Source: an uncultured Pseudomonadota bacterium (GTDB lineage Bacteria > Pseudomonadota > Alphaproteobacteria > RF32 > CAG-239). From it: 61,960 nt of DNA. The first letter of the stretch is position 1. Each line of letters begins with the position of its first letter. Made by a program: the position numbers and the translations under genes. The stretch spans positions 1-61,960 of the forward strand of contig CABUWG010000004.1 of the NCBI GenBank assembly GCA_902495305.1, read 5' to 3'. Under the pieces are notes generated by a model, which was given only the letters and a program-made list of their open reading frames with translations, had not been told where the DNA came from and made no database searches. Of this stretch, positions 45,022-53,932 are shown in pieces.

Positions 45022-46266
45022 ATGGGGTTCGGCGTTTATATCCATTGGCCGTTTTGCTTGTCAAAATGCCCTTACTGCGACTTTTATAAAGAAGTCAGAA
45101 GAAATGTGCCGCAAGATGAGATTGTTGCGGGATATAAACGCGAACTTGACTTTTATCATCAATATACTTCGGGCAACGTTGTCAGCAGTATTTTTTTCGG
45201 CGGCGGAACGCCGTCTTTGATAAAGCCGGAAAATATTGCGGCGCTGATTGATTATATTTCAGGCAAGTGGAAAACAACGCCTGATATTGAGATTTCTCTG
45301 GAAGCGAATCCGAATTCAGATTATCCGCAGATGTTTGCCGATTTGCGTCATGCCGGCATTAATCGTTTGTCTTTGGGTGTGCAGGCTCTTAATGAGGCAG
45401 ATTTGCGCTTTTTAGGGCGAACGCATAATCTTGCTCAGGCTTATCAGGCAATAGATGAAGTTTTGCAGAATTTTGACAATCATTCGCTGGATTTGATTTA
45501 TGCCCGCCCGCAGCAGAGACTCTCCGAGTGGGAGAAAGAGCTGGAGCAGGCGGCGGCGTTTGGCCTGAAGCATTTATCGCTTTATCAGCTGACCATAGAG
45601 GAAGGCACGGTTTTTGCGCGTAAAGACGTAAAGGCGCTGGAAGATGAGGCTGCCGGAGAAATGTATTTGTTTACCGAGGATTATTTGTCAGCCAAAGGGA
45701 TTTATAAATACGAAGTTTCCAACTATGCCCGCCCCGGCTATGCCTCCCGGCACAATCTTCTTTATTGGACCGGTCAAGATTATCTCGGGATAGGGCCATC
45801 GGCTCATGGCCGCTTCTGTTTTTCGGGTTTTAAGGGGAATCCAGAGCAGAAACTGCGAGATCGAAAAATTTCACGTACCTCTTTGTACGCTGGAAATTTT
45901 TCTCCTCTGGTTTCCACTCCATCTTCCTCCTTAAAACCCGAAAAATCGTATCAAGAGGGGAACCTAGAGCAGAAACTGCAAGATCGAAAAATTTATTATG
46001 CCTCGACGTATAACTGTCAGCTTGAAGAGCTTTCACAAACAGAAAGGGCAGAAGAATTGTTATTAATGGGGCTGCGGCTGACAGAAGGGATTGATAAGCC
46101 GCGATTTAAGGCCTGTTGCGGGTTGGATTTTGACGGTTTTGTTAATCGGGAACGTTTGAAATACTTGTGTTCTGCAGGTTTATTAGTTGATACGCCAAAG
46201 AATCTCAGAGCCACGCGTGAGGGTTTTCCGGTTCTGAATGAGCTGATAGAGCAGCTTTGTCCTTAA
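45022..46266 (+). CDS. hemW: radical SAM heme chaperone HemW (HemN-like) carrying a 41-codon in-frame repeat insertion
   Basis: CLSKCPYCDF radical-SAM motif and HemW-like length apart from the insertion at 45834..45994. Confidence 0.9.
   Translation: MGFGVYIHWPFCLSKCPYCDFYKEVRRNVPQDEIVAGYKRELDFYHQYTSGNVVSSIFFGGGTPSLIKPENIAALIDYISGKWKTTPDIEISLEANPNSDYPQMFADLRHAGINRLSLGVQALNEADLRFLGRTHNLAQAYQAIDEVLQNFDNHSLDLIYARPQQRLSEWEKELEQAAAFGLKHLSLYQLTIEEGTVFARKDVKALEDEAAGEMYLFTEDYLSAKGIYKYEVSNYARPGYASRHNLLYWTGQDYLGIGPSAHGRFCFSGFKGNPEQKLRDRKISRTSLYAGNFSPLVSTPSSSLKPEKSYQEGNLEQKLQDRKIYYASTYNCQLEELSQTERAEELLLMGLRLTEGIDKPRFKACCGLDFDGFVNRERLKYLCSAGLLVDTPKNLRATREGFPVLNELIEQLCP
45834..45994. repeat. in-frame palindromic repeat element inside hemW
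   Basis: 38-bp direct repeats at 45834..45871 and 45957..45994 (period 123 bp = 41 codons). They flank the palindrome gaaaaatttc-acgtacctctttgtacgctg-gaaatttttc, whose core cacgtac-N6-gtacgctg also occurs at about 34685..34705. Confidence 0.65.
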
Positions 46267-47165
46267 TCGATAACGCCGAATTTGCCGTTTACCAGAATCA
46301 TCATGGCAATCAGAAAGAAAATCATGAATATTCCGGCTTTGACCGAGGCTGTATCCGGTACTTTGTTATATTTGTTGGAAGCCATGACGAACAGCGGCGA
46401 TGTCAGCAGCAATGCCGTTACATAACCCGGGTTGGGAGCTATCCGCAAAGCCAGTGTTTTGGCGGTAATCAGTGCCGCACTGAAGCTCACGATGTATAGT
46501 CCGGCACGAACAACAACCGGAGAGAAGATGTTTTGAAAAAACTCCCTGACTTTTAATTTTTCCCGATAAGCATAAAAAAATGAATTGTAACAACCGCTGA
46601 CAAAAGTTGAAACTGACAGATAATAAACAATGGCAGCCCAAGTACTGGACCCGTGAATGGCAATGTCTTTGGTAATGATGCTCATAAAGGCCAAAGCCAG
46701 AATTACCGGCGCCATATAGGTTACGATTTCTTTGTTGACCGGACTTTTCAGCATTTGCCAATAGCTCAGCGTAAAACCAAAAAGCACTAAAACCAACGTG
46801 ATGAACACTGTTCCGTCATCAAAAAGCTTGATAAATTCGTGTGGCGTAATCATCCACCAGAGAACTGTGGTAATCAGCGTTGTGAGCACCATAACGCGTG
46901 ACGTCGGTCCGGCACCGTATTTGGCGGAGGCAAAGAAAAGGTGGGAATCGTAAAAGCCGATTAATATTCCCTGAATAATCAGCAAACTCCAATAATACAT
47001 GCTGGTCGGCACCGGAAAAAGCGGCATGAACGGAATGAAAAATACGGCAATGCCGAATCCGCGCCATATGCCCAGAAGATATCCGTTGAGTTTGTATTTT
47101 TGATTGACCAGCGTATATAAGGCTGTGAAAAATCCATATAAAAGACCGTTGATAATCCAGATCAT
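46263..47165 (-). CDS. polytopic inner-membrane protein (about 10 TM, possibly DMT/EamA-like)
   Basis: 300 aa and hydrophobic throughout. The family assignment is tentative. Confidence 0.65.
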   Translation of the reverse strand: MIWIINGLLYGFFTALYTLVNQKYKLNGYLLGIWRGFGIAVFFIPFMPLFPVPTSMYYWSLLIIQGILIGFYDSHLFFASAKYGAGPTSRVMVLTTLITTVLWWMITPHEFIKLFDDGTVFITLVLVLFGFTLSYWQMLKSPVNKEIVTYMAPVILALAFMSIITKDIAIHGSSTWAAIVYYLSVSTFVSGCYNSFFYAYREKLKVREFFQNIFSPVVVRAGLYIVSFSAALITAKTLALRIAPNPGYVTALLLTSPLFVMASNKYNKVPDTASVKAGIFMIFFLIAMMILVNGKFGVID

Positions 47166-47211
47166 TCTCTGCCCTTTGAAAATATTTATTACAATATTCT
47201 GATATGTAATA

Positions 47212-47781
47212 CTATTTTACAGGTTTTAAAGGCGTTTGCGGCACTTTTCCGGTGAAGTCTGACAGGGCTTTTATAACGCGGTCAACCGTGATGTCTACCA
47301 GTTCTTCCTTGGTTTCGACAACAATATCGGCTTCCGAGTAGTAGGGATATTCTTCCTGAATGTATTTTTCCAGTTTGTCTTTGAGTTCGGTATCATTGCC
47401 TCTTAAGAACGGACGGTGCTTGCGGCCGGTTGTTCTTTTGTACAAGACATTGATGTCGGCTTTGAGCCAGATGGTGACGGCATTGGTTTTGGCCATGTTT
47501 CTGGTTTGTTCGGCCACAAAGGAACCGCCGCCGGAAGCCAGAACACAAGGTTGTCCTTGCAGCAGGCGCTTCATGACTCTTTCTTCTCCGGCCCGATATT
47601 CTTTTTCACCAAAACATTTTAACACGTCCAAAAGCGGAATACCGGCCGCTTTTTCGACTTCCTGATCGCCGTCAATAAAGGGGAGGCCGAGCTTGCGCGC
47701 CAGCCTTTTGCCTACGCTGGTTTTGCCGCTGCCCATCAATCCGACCAGCAAAATTATTTTATCTATTTTGGTTATATCCAT
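47212..47781 (-). CDS. aroK: shikimate kinase
   Basis: IILLVGLMGSGKTSVGKRLA...DGD. I used the ATG at 47781 rather than the track start 47865. Confidence 0.88.
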   Translation of the reverse strand: MDITKIDKIILLVGLMGSGKTSVGKRLARKLGLPFIDGDQEVEKAAGIPLLDVLKCFGEKEYRAGEERVMKRLLQGQPCVLASGGGSFVAEQTRNMAKTNAVTIWLKADINVLYKRTTGRKHRPFLRGNDTELKDKLEKYIQEEYPYYSEADIVVETKEELVDITVDRVIKALSDFTGKVPQTPLKPVK

Positions 47782-47863
47782 TTTTTTAATTATTCTTTCA
47801 ATTATTTTTGATATAAACTGATTAAATCTTTTGTAAGTATATTTTTTATAAGGTTTATACATC

Positions 47864-48013
47864 ATGAGACAGAAAAAATCAAAAACATTATTTTATATTA
47901 TCGGATTAATTGCTGTTTTGGCAGTACTTTTTTTGTTTTCGCGTGAGGTTCCGATGCAAATTGAGCATGTGGAACAGCCTCTGGCCAATGATTTTGTTTC
48001 CGGACAGGATTAA
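47864..48013 (+). CDS. candidate small membrane protein (49 aa) immediately upstream of xerD
   Basis: Not in the ORF track. It reads MRQKKSKTLFYIIGLIAVLAVLFLFSREVPMQIEHVEQPLANDFVSGQD. Its stop lies 2 nt before the xerD ATG. Confidence 0.35.
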   Translation: MRQKKSKTLFYIIGLIAVLAVLFLFSREVPMQIEHVEQPLANDFVSGQD

Positions 48014-48015
48014 TT

Positions 48016-48933
48016 ATGCGTTCCAATGCCGGACTTTTGGAAGATTTTCTGGACATGATGCGTTCAGAAAAAGGATGTTCGGATAATACGGCGGAGGCGT
48101 ATCGTCGTGATTTGGAGCAGTTTTTTGAGTTTACCGGTGATATGGCGGTTGATCAGGTCAGTCGTCAGACGCTGGCGGATTATCTTAACGAGCTTGGCAA
48201 GAGGTATGACTATGCCGCTAAGTCAGTGGCGCGAAAGATTTCTACTTTACGGGATTTTTTCAAGTTTTTGTTCAGCGAGAAAGAGATTTGCGAGAATCCG
48301 GCGGCCAGACTGCGCTCGCCTAAATTAGGCAAGCCTTTGCCGAAGTTTTTGACTGAGGCAGAGATTAAAAATCTGGCCGAAGCAGCTTTTAGTCATCAGA
48401 ATTCGGATATGCGACGTGTCGGCGTGATGATTGAACTGATGTATGTATCCGGTCTGCGGGTTTCCGAATTGGTGGCTCTGCCTTTGTCTGCCATTAATTT
48501 TGATAAAGAAATGTTGTTTGTCCGCGGCAAGGGGAGTAAAGCCCGAATGGTGCCGATTACGCAGAACGTGACTGATTCCTTGCAGGAATATATTGGAAGT
48601 TTTCGTCGGGACTTTGTTCGTTCTGCGGCGGATGTCAAGTGGCTGTTTCCGTCTTTGCGGTCGGCGTCAGGACATATAACCAGAGATACTTTTTATAAGG
48701 ATTTGAAGAAAGTGGCCGCAGAGGCCGGAATTTCTCCGGCAAGAGTTTCTCCCCACGTTTTGCGCCACTCCTTTGCCACAACGCTCCTGCGTCATGATGT
48801 TGATTTGCGTTCCGTTCAAAAAATGCTCGGTCATGAAAGTATTACGACGACTGAGATTTATACGCATATTATTTCTGAAGATTTAATCAATAAAGTGATG
48901 GCATGCCATCCACTGCAATATTTTAAGAAATGA
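48016..48933 (+). CDS. xerD: tyrosine recombinase XerD
   Basis: SAM-like N-domain (NTAEAYRRDLEQF) and catalytic R...HVLRHSFAT...GH...T.IYTH. It is adjacent to aroK. Confidence 0.88.
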   Translation: MRSNAGLLEDFLDMMRSEKGCSDNTAEAYRRDLEQFFEFTGDMAVDQVSRQTLADYLNELGKRYDYAAKSVARKISTLRDFFKFLFSEKEICENPAARLRSPKLGKPLPKFLTEAEIKNLAEAAFSHQNSDMRRVGVMIELMYVSGLRVSELVALPLSAINFDKEMLFVRGKGSKARMVPITQNVTDSLQEYIGSFRRDFVRSAADVKWLFPSLRSASGHITRDTFYKDLKKVAAEAGISPARVSPHVLRHSFATTLLRHDVDLRSVQKMLGHESITTTEIYTHIISEDLINKVMACHPLQYFKK

Positions 48934-48935
48934 TT

Positions 48936-49631
48936 TTATCTTTCATGGTGGAATTGTTCAAAAACGCAGTTCATCATGTTTGAAATCTTTTCCGGCGTCA
49001 TTTTTTTGAGTTTGTCGCTGGTAATTCTTATCATTTCTTTGCTGGTTTTGCGTTCTTTCAGTGAACCTTCTACCCATTTGGGGTAGCTGCGGAAGATAAA
49101 CAGTTTACTTTCATCCATTAAGAAAATCAGCTTGAACGGCGATTTGCCCGAGTTGTCAAAAACGGCGGAAACATCACTTCTTTTAAGCATTTCCGGAAAA
49201 TTTTTGATGATATTGGGATACCGGCGTTCAATATCTTCTGCCGGAACGTTGTGGCCGCCTTCCCGTACACGTTGCTGAACGCGCAGGTGTGACAATTCGA
49301 CGTTGGCCAGTCCGATGAAGATTGTTGCAATTTTGAATCCGGCTTTTTTAGCGCGGTCCATATATTTTAAGTGGGCTTTGCCGGATGAGGTGGTTTCATA
49401 AACAAAGCTTTTTTTGGACTTTAGCTTTTTTTCCAATTCAGAAATAACGATTTTTCCGGCATCTATCATATGTTTGTTGGGGTCGCCGCCGTTTGCCAGT
49501 TCTTTGGCGATGTTGTCCATGTTGATAGACGGCGCGTTTTTCAGTAACGGGTCGGTTTTTAATACTTTTTCATAAAATGTCGATTTTCCGGCACCGTTCG
49601 GTCCGGCGATAATAACCATCCATTTGGTCAT
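48936..49631 (-). CDS. zeta-toxin-family P-loop kinase (COG4185-like)
   Basis: Walker A AGPNGAGKST and the motif RVQQRVREGGHNVPAEDIERRY typical of zeta/AAA_33-type toxins. Confidence 0.8.
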   Translation of the reverse strand: MTKWMVIIAGPNGAGKSTFYEKVLKTDPLLKNAPSINMDNIAKELANGGDPNKHMIDAGKIVISELEKKLKSKKSFVYETTSSGKAHLKYMDRAKKAGFKIATIFIGLANVELSHLRVQQRVREGGHNVPAEDIERRYPNIIKNFPEMLKRSDVSAVFDNSGKSPFKLIFLMDESKLFIFRSYPKWVEGSLKERKTSKEMIRITSDKLKKMTPEKISNMMNCVFEQFHHER

Positions 49632-49804
49632 TTGGCTTCTCCGATAATTACTTCCTGATGGTTTTTATCTAATTTGACAATATATTTTGTACCGTCGGCT
49701 TCTTCTTTGATAAGCCGTCCGTCTTCCTCGTAATATTGAGGGTAGCTGTCAATTGTTATCGTACCGTCTAGACGGACGAATTTTCTTTTAAAATATTCAA
49801 ACAT
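49628..49804 (-). CDS. candidate antitoxin (58 aa; alternative 81-aa start at 49873)
   Basis: Its stop overlaps the toxin ATG (ATGA). It is a small acidic protein. The start choice is uncertain. Confidence 0.45.
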   Translation of the reverse strand: MFEYFKRKFVRLDGTITIDSYPQYYEEDGRLIKEEADGTKYIVKLDKNHQEVIIGEAK

Positions 49805-49879
49805 TGTGATTTTCCTGATTAACGGGGGACAGCTTATCATAAAAGCTCTTGTCTTGCAAGAAAAATTTGACAAAAATTT

Positions 49880-50722
49880 TTAAATCAATCTGGCCAAGTC
49901 GAGATATTGACGGGGTGTAAGCTGTTCTGCTCTGGCGGTTTCGGGAATGTTCAGCTGTTTTAGTTTTTCTTTAATCTCCGGCAAAGCTTTTAAGCTCTGG
50001 CGAATCATCTTGCGGCGCTGTCCGAAGGCCAAAGATGTCAGTTTTTCAACTTTTTTTAAGTCTTCGGCGGAGATTTCGGCATGAAGCGGCTGGAAGAGCA
50101 AAACCGAAGACCAGATTTTTGGTGCCGGAACAAAGCAGTTGGGATTGAGATCAAAAAGGTGTTCAATTTTGCATAAAAGTTGTGAAAAAACAGAAATCCG
50201 TCCATAATCTTTACAGCCTGCCGGAGCGCAAATCCGGTCGGCGACTTCTTTTTGGAACATTAGCGTCAGGCTGGAAAAGTTTTCAATCTGGGTCAGCCAG
50301 CCGGTCAAAAGCGGTACGGAAATATTATAAGGCAGATTGCTGACGATGTTGCGCGGTGCCTGATCCATTTGGCCGAAGTTTATGGTCATTGCGTCGGCAT
50401 TGATGATTTCCAGCCTGTCGCCGGCAAGTTCTTTAATTTCCTGCATTATCCCGATACAACGGTCATCCATTTCGACAACGGTAAGTTTTTGCGGCTTTGC
50501 CTCCAAGACGGAACGGGTCAGGCCTCCCGGCCCCGGCCCGACTTCAAAGACATATTCTCCGCCAAAGTCTTTTTTGTTTTGCTTTTCTAAAGACAAACGG
50601 ATGATTTTGTCCGTGATGTTGCGATCCAGCAGAAAATTCTGACCCAGAGCCTTTTTGGCAAGCAGTCCGTGGTTTTCTACCGTTTCGCGCAGGGACGGCA
50701 GAGAATCGAGCAGTGTCGGCAT
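49880..50722 (-). CDS. rsmA: 16S rRNA (adenine1518/1519-N6)-dimethyltransferase RsmA/KsgA
   Basis: LGQNFL, EVGPGPGGLT and NLPYNIS motifs. Confidence 0.93.
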   Translation of the reverse strand: MPTLLDSLPSLRETVENHGLLAKKALGQNFLLDRNITDKIIRLSLEKQNKKDFGGEYVFEVGPGPGGLTRSVLEAKPQKLTVVEMDDRCIGIMQEIKELAGDRLEIINADAMTINFGQMDQAPRNIVSNLPYNISVPLLTGWLTQIENFSSLTLMFQKEVADRICAPAGCKDYGRISVFSQLLCKIEHLFDLNPNCFVPAPKIWSSVLLFQPLHAEISAEDLKKVEKLTSLAFGQRRKMIRQSLKALPEIKEKLKQLNIPETARAEQLTPRQYLDLARLI

Positions 50723-50728
50723 GGTTAT

Positions 50729-51658
50729 TTAGTTCCTGATTTCGATGACGGCCTGAGTTCTGAGGTCTGCCAGATATTGCCGAGAGGTTTCTTCCATTCT
50801 CTGATTTTGCAGATAGGCGATGATTTCTTCTCTGGTCGGCATTTGCGGTTTGTCTTTTTTGGGGTCAAAGACCTTATCCAGTTTGAAGATGAAATAGCCG
50901 TCGGCATAAGCAATCGGGTCAGAAATTTCTCCTTCTTTCAGGCTGTTAAGCGCTTTTTCAATCGGAACGTTTAGTTTGCCGTAGTTGACCCAGCCGAGCT
51001 TGCCGCCGTTTGATGCGGTCGGGCTTTCGGAAAACTGCATGGCATAAAGTTCAAAGCGGGGATCTTGCCGCAGGTTGCTTACCAAATCCTGAATATTTTT
51101 GGCATGTTCTTTTTTGATAAAAATTTCCGAGATAAAATACTTAGGCGTTGTCAGGTCTTTTTTGGCGTCTTCCATGGCCTTGTTTATTTCTGTCTGGGTC
51201 AGGTTATTGCCCATCATTTGGCGGCGGACCAGCCGGCTCCAGGCGAGATCTGCCTTGGCCTGATTGCGGAAAGTTTCATAGCTGATACCGGCTTTGCGGA
51301 GAATGCTCTTCATTTCTCCGGCCGGAATTTTGTTGTTTTTTTCAAAAATGCCGATAGAGCTGTTGACTTCTTTGTCCGTGACTTTTATGTCATTTTTCTC
51401 AGCCGTCTGCAATTTGATTTTTTCATCAATGGCACTGTTCAGCACTCTTTCCAGAATCATATTCTGGGTTTGTTCATTAAACGGGATTTTGGTTGTGAGA
51501 AGAAACAATTTTAACTGATTTTGAAAGTCGGCTGTGCTTATGATTTCATCATTAACCGTGGCAACGATTTTTAATGACTGCCGAGGTTTGGCCTGAATGT
51601 CGGCCGTGATGCAGAAGAAGGCAGCAAGGGCAGCAAGAGAAGTTTTTATTAAGTTCAT
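50729..51658 (-). CDS. surA: periplasmic chaperone/PPIase SurA-like (single parvulin domain)
   Basis: Signal peptide, SurA N-domain and parvulin block (SNGGKLGWVNYGKL...). Confidence 0.85.
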   Translation of the reverse strand: MNLIKTSLAALAAFFCITADIQAKPRQSLKIVATVNDEIISTADFQNQLKLFLLTTKIPFNEQTQNMILERVLNSAIDEKIKLQTAEKNDIKVTDKEVNSSIGIFEKNNKIPAGEMKSILRKAGISYETFRNQAKADLAWSRLVRRQMMGNNLTQTEINKAMEDAKKDLTTPKYFISEIFIKKEHAKNIQDLVSNLRQDPRFELYAMQFSESPTASNGGKLGWVNYGKLNVPIEKALNSLKEGEISDPIAYADGYFIFKLDKVFDPKKDKPQMPTREEIIAYLQNQRMEETSRQYLADLRTQAVIEIRN

Positions 51659-51670
51659 CTTTGGTCTCCT

Positions 51671-53932
51671 TTATTTTTGGGTTCCGGCTCCGCCGAGCGT
51701 TTTCAGGAAGAAGTTGACGCTTAGTTCAAAATCTCCGTCGTAGTCCGGACTGTCGGCATTGTTTCTGTCTGCCACAATCGAGAGGGCAAAACATTCGTCT
51801 TCATAAATGAGCGCGCCGCCGTGCTCAAGCGAAATGCTTCCGTCGGCAAGATCCTGCCGGTTATACAGGCTGAGCGACCAGTCGCGGGTCAGAGCCATCC
51901 GCACTCCGGTATATAGTTCTTTTCTTTCATCATACAAGGATGACGATGTGTTGTCGTTGTTGTATCCTTTTAAGAAAATGTAAGATACGTACATTCGCAA
52001 AGCCTGCGGGCCAAAGTCCGCCGATAGCTCGTTGTATTTGAAGTCAAGCGAATCTTTGTCGAGTTTGAAACGGTAGTTCAGGTCCAGATATTGGCTGGGA
52101 GAAGCGTTAATGCGTCCGACATAATCGCTGAAGCGGCCGCTTTGTTCTTCGCTGGTATTAAAGCTGCTGTTATCGTCAAAGTTATAACTTTGGGCGATAA
52201 AGGCCGAGGTCCGGCCGGTGCGGTTGCCGTATGCGCTCCAGTTCAAGCCGTAGCTGATGCGGCTGCCGGTATCGTTGCGGTCATAACCGGCATAACGGTC
52301 AATATCCAATATGTTGGTATCGTCCAGCTCAACGTCCTGACTGTCATCGTTGGGGATTTTGTTCAGCTTATTGCCGCCGGTCGGTGCGGCAACGGCGACG
52401 ATTGTGGGTTCCAAAATCTGACGGGAGGTTTCCGTTGCCCGAATAAACGGCAGTTTCCATTCCAGACCTAATTGCGGGAAGACACGGGCTACGCCGCCGT
52501 CAAAAGTTTCGCCTTTGGCATTTTTGTAATCGTCAATGTTATACAAGTCTGATTTTACGGAAGCAATCATACGGTATTTTTCGCCGTATTCGCTGGTATA
52601 AGGCAAAACCCAGGAGTTGATCATTGAAATCCGCTGGCTGGAGTTGTCTTCATCACGGCTGATGACTGCGCCGTTGAACGTGTTTTTATTATAAGCGCCG
52701 TAAGGGCCGACATCGCCGATGTTTTCATAGTTGAACCAAGGCATAATCAGCGGTTTGTCAACGGCTTTGAGGTCATAACTCAGAAGCTTGTAGCTGTAGG
52801 CCTCGATTGCGGCGTAATTACGGTAGTCAAAACCCTGCAGTTTGGCGCTGGAGGTCAGCCAGGCATCATCTTTTTTGGGCAGGGACATATCTTTGAGGTA
52901 TACGTCGTCCGAGGCATAATTGATATCCAGATCCCCGACCCAGAAATCATTTACTTCATAGCGGCCGGTCATGAACAAGCTGCCGCGCTGGCGGTCATCA
53001 TCGCTGTCTTTCAGATAGGTTCCGGTTGCATTAATCTCTCCGCGGGTAAAATACTGGCGGTAAGCGCCGCTTTGCACGATACCGTGGTCGCTGCTCAGAA
53101 TCGGCGAGTATAACAGGTTCTGATTGGGTGAGATGTCCCAGAAGTATTTGGGCTGGATAGCCGCGCCGAGATAAGAGTTGCTGCGGAAGCTCGGCATCAG
53201 AAAACCGCTGCGGCTTTTTACCGTCGGGTCAGGATGAGAGAAAAACGGCGTGTAAAATACCGGAACGCCTTTGATCTCGATGGTGGCGTTTTGGTAGTTG
53301 ACATTCTGGGCTTCGGCATCATGCTGGACTTTGGTTGCTTTTATCTGCCAGAGCGGGTCTTTGCCGGTGCAGACGTCACAGGGCGTGTAGATGGCATTGT
53401 TCATGACTTTGTTGTCTTTAGCCAGCCGGCGGAATTTTGTGGCAGCAATTCTTGCTTTGTTTTGCATAATGACTTTAATGTTCTTCATGGACCCCTGAGT
53501 CATTTGGTCTGTCAGTTCCACGTAATCGGAAAAGACGACGCTGCCGTCTTTTTCAACCAGAATAACGTTGCCGGTTGCCGTTACAATGTCTTCTTTCTGG
53601 TTGTAAATGACTTTATCGGCAATCAGGGTCAAATTGTCCCGCATGATGTTGACGTTGCCGGAAGCTGTTACAATCTGCATTTCCTGATTGTTTTCGACCT
53701 CATCGGCGCTGAAGTGGATTTCTTTGTCTTCCGTATTTTTTGTTTCTGCCGGAGCAGGAAGAACCGATGTCATATTCAGCTTCGGGTCAATGTCTGCTTT
53801 GTATTTTTTTGTTATTTTAGTAATTTTGGTACCGGCATCTTTTTTTAAAAAATCAGTAACTGCAAAAGCTGAATTTGCAGCAAGAGATCCGGCAATCAGT
53901 CCGCTTATAAGCAACAGGCTTTTTTTAAACAT
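51671..53932 (-). CDS. lptD: LPS-assembly outer-membrane protein LptD
   Basis: OstA N-domain plus a large beta-barrel. I prefer the ATG at 53932 (MFKKSLLLISGLIAGSLAANSAFA signal peptide), which overlaps the lptF stop by 8 nt. Confidence 0.9.
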   Translation of the reverse strand: MFKKSLLLISGLIAGSLAANSAFAVTDFLKKDAGTKITKITKKYKADIDPKLNMTSVLPAPAETKNTEDKEIHFSADEVENNQEMQIVTASGNVNIMRDNLTLIADKVIYNQKEDIVTATGNVILVEKDGSVVFSDYVELTDQMTQGSMKNIKVIMQNKARIAATKFRRLAKDNKVMNNAIYTPCDVCTGKDPLWQIKATKVQHDAEAQNVNYQNATIEIKGVPVFYTPFFSHPDPTVKSRSGFLMPSFRSNSYLGAAIQPKYFWDISPNQNLLYSPILSSDHGIVQSGAYRQYFTRGEINATGTYLKDSDDDRQRGSLFMTGRYEVNDFWVGDLDINYASDDVYLKDMSLPKKDDAWLTSSAKLQGFDYRNYAAIEAYSYKLLSYDLKAVDKPLIMPWFNYENIGDVGPYGAYNKNTFNGAVISRDEDNSSQRISMINSWVLPYTSEYGEKYRMIASVKSDLYNIDDYKNAKGETFDGGVARVFPQLGLEWKLPFIRATETSRQILEPTIVAVAAPTGGNKLNKIPNDDSQDVELDDTNILDIDRYAGYDRNDTGSRISYGLNWSAYGNRTGRTSAFIAQSYNFDDNSSFNTSEEQSGRFSDYVGRINASPSQYLDLNYRFKLDKDSLDFKYNELSADFGPQALRMYVSYIFLKGYNNDNTSSSLYDERKELYTGVRMALTRDWSLSLYNRQDLADGSISLEHGGALIYEDECFALSIVADRNNADSPDYDGDFELSVNFFLKTLGGAGTQK

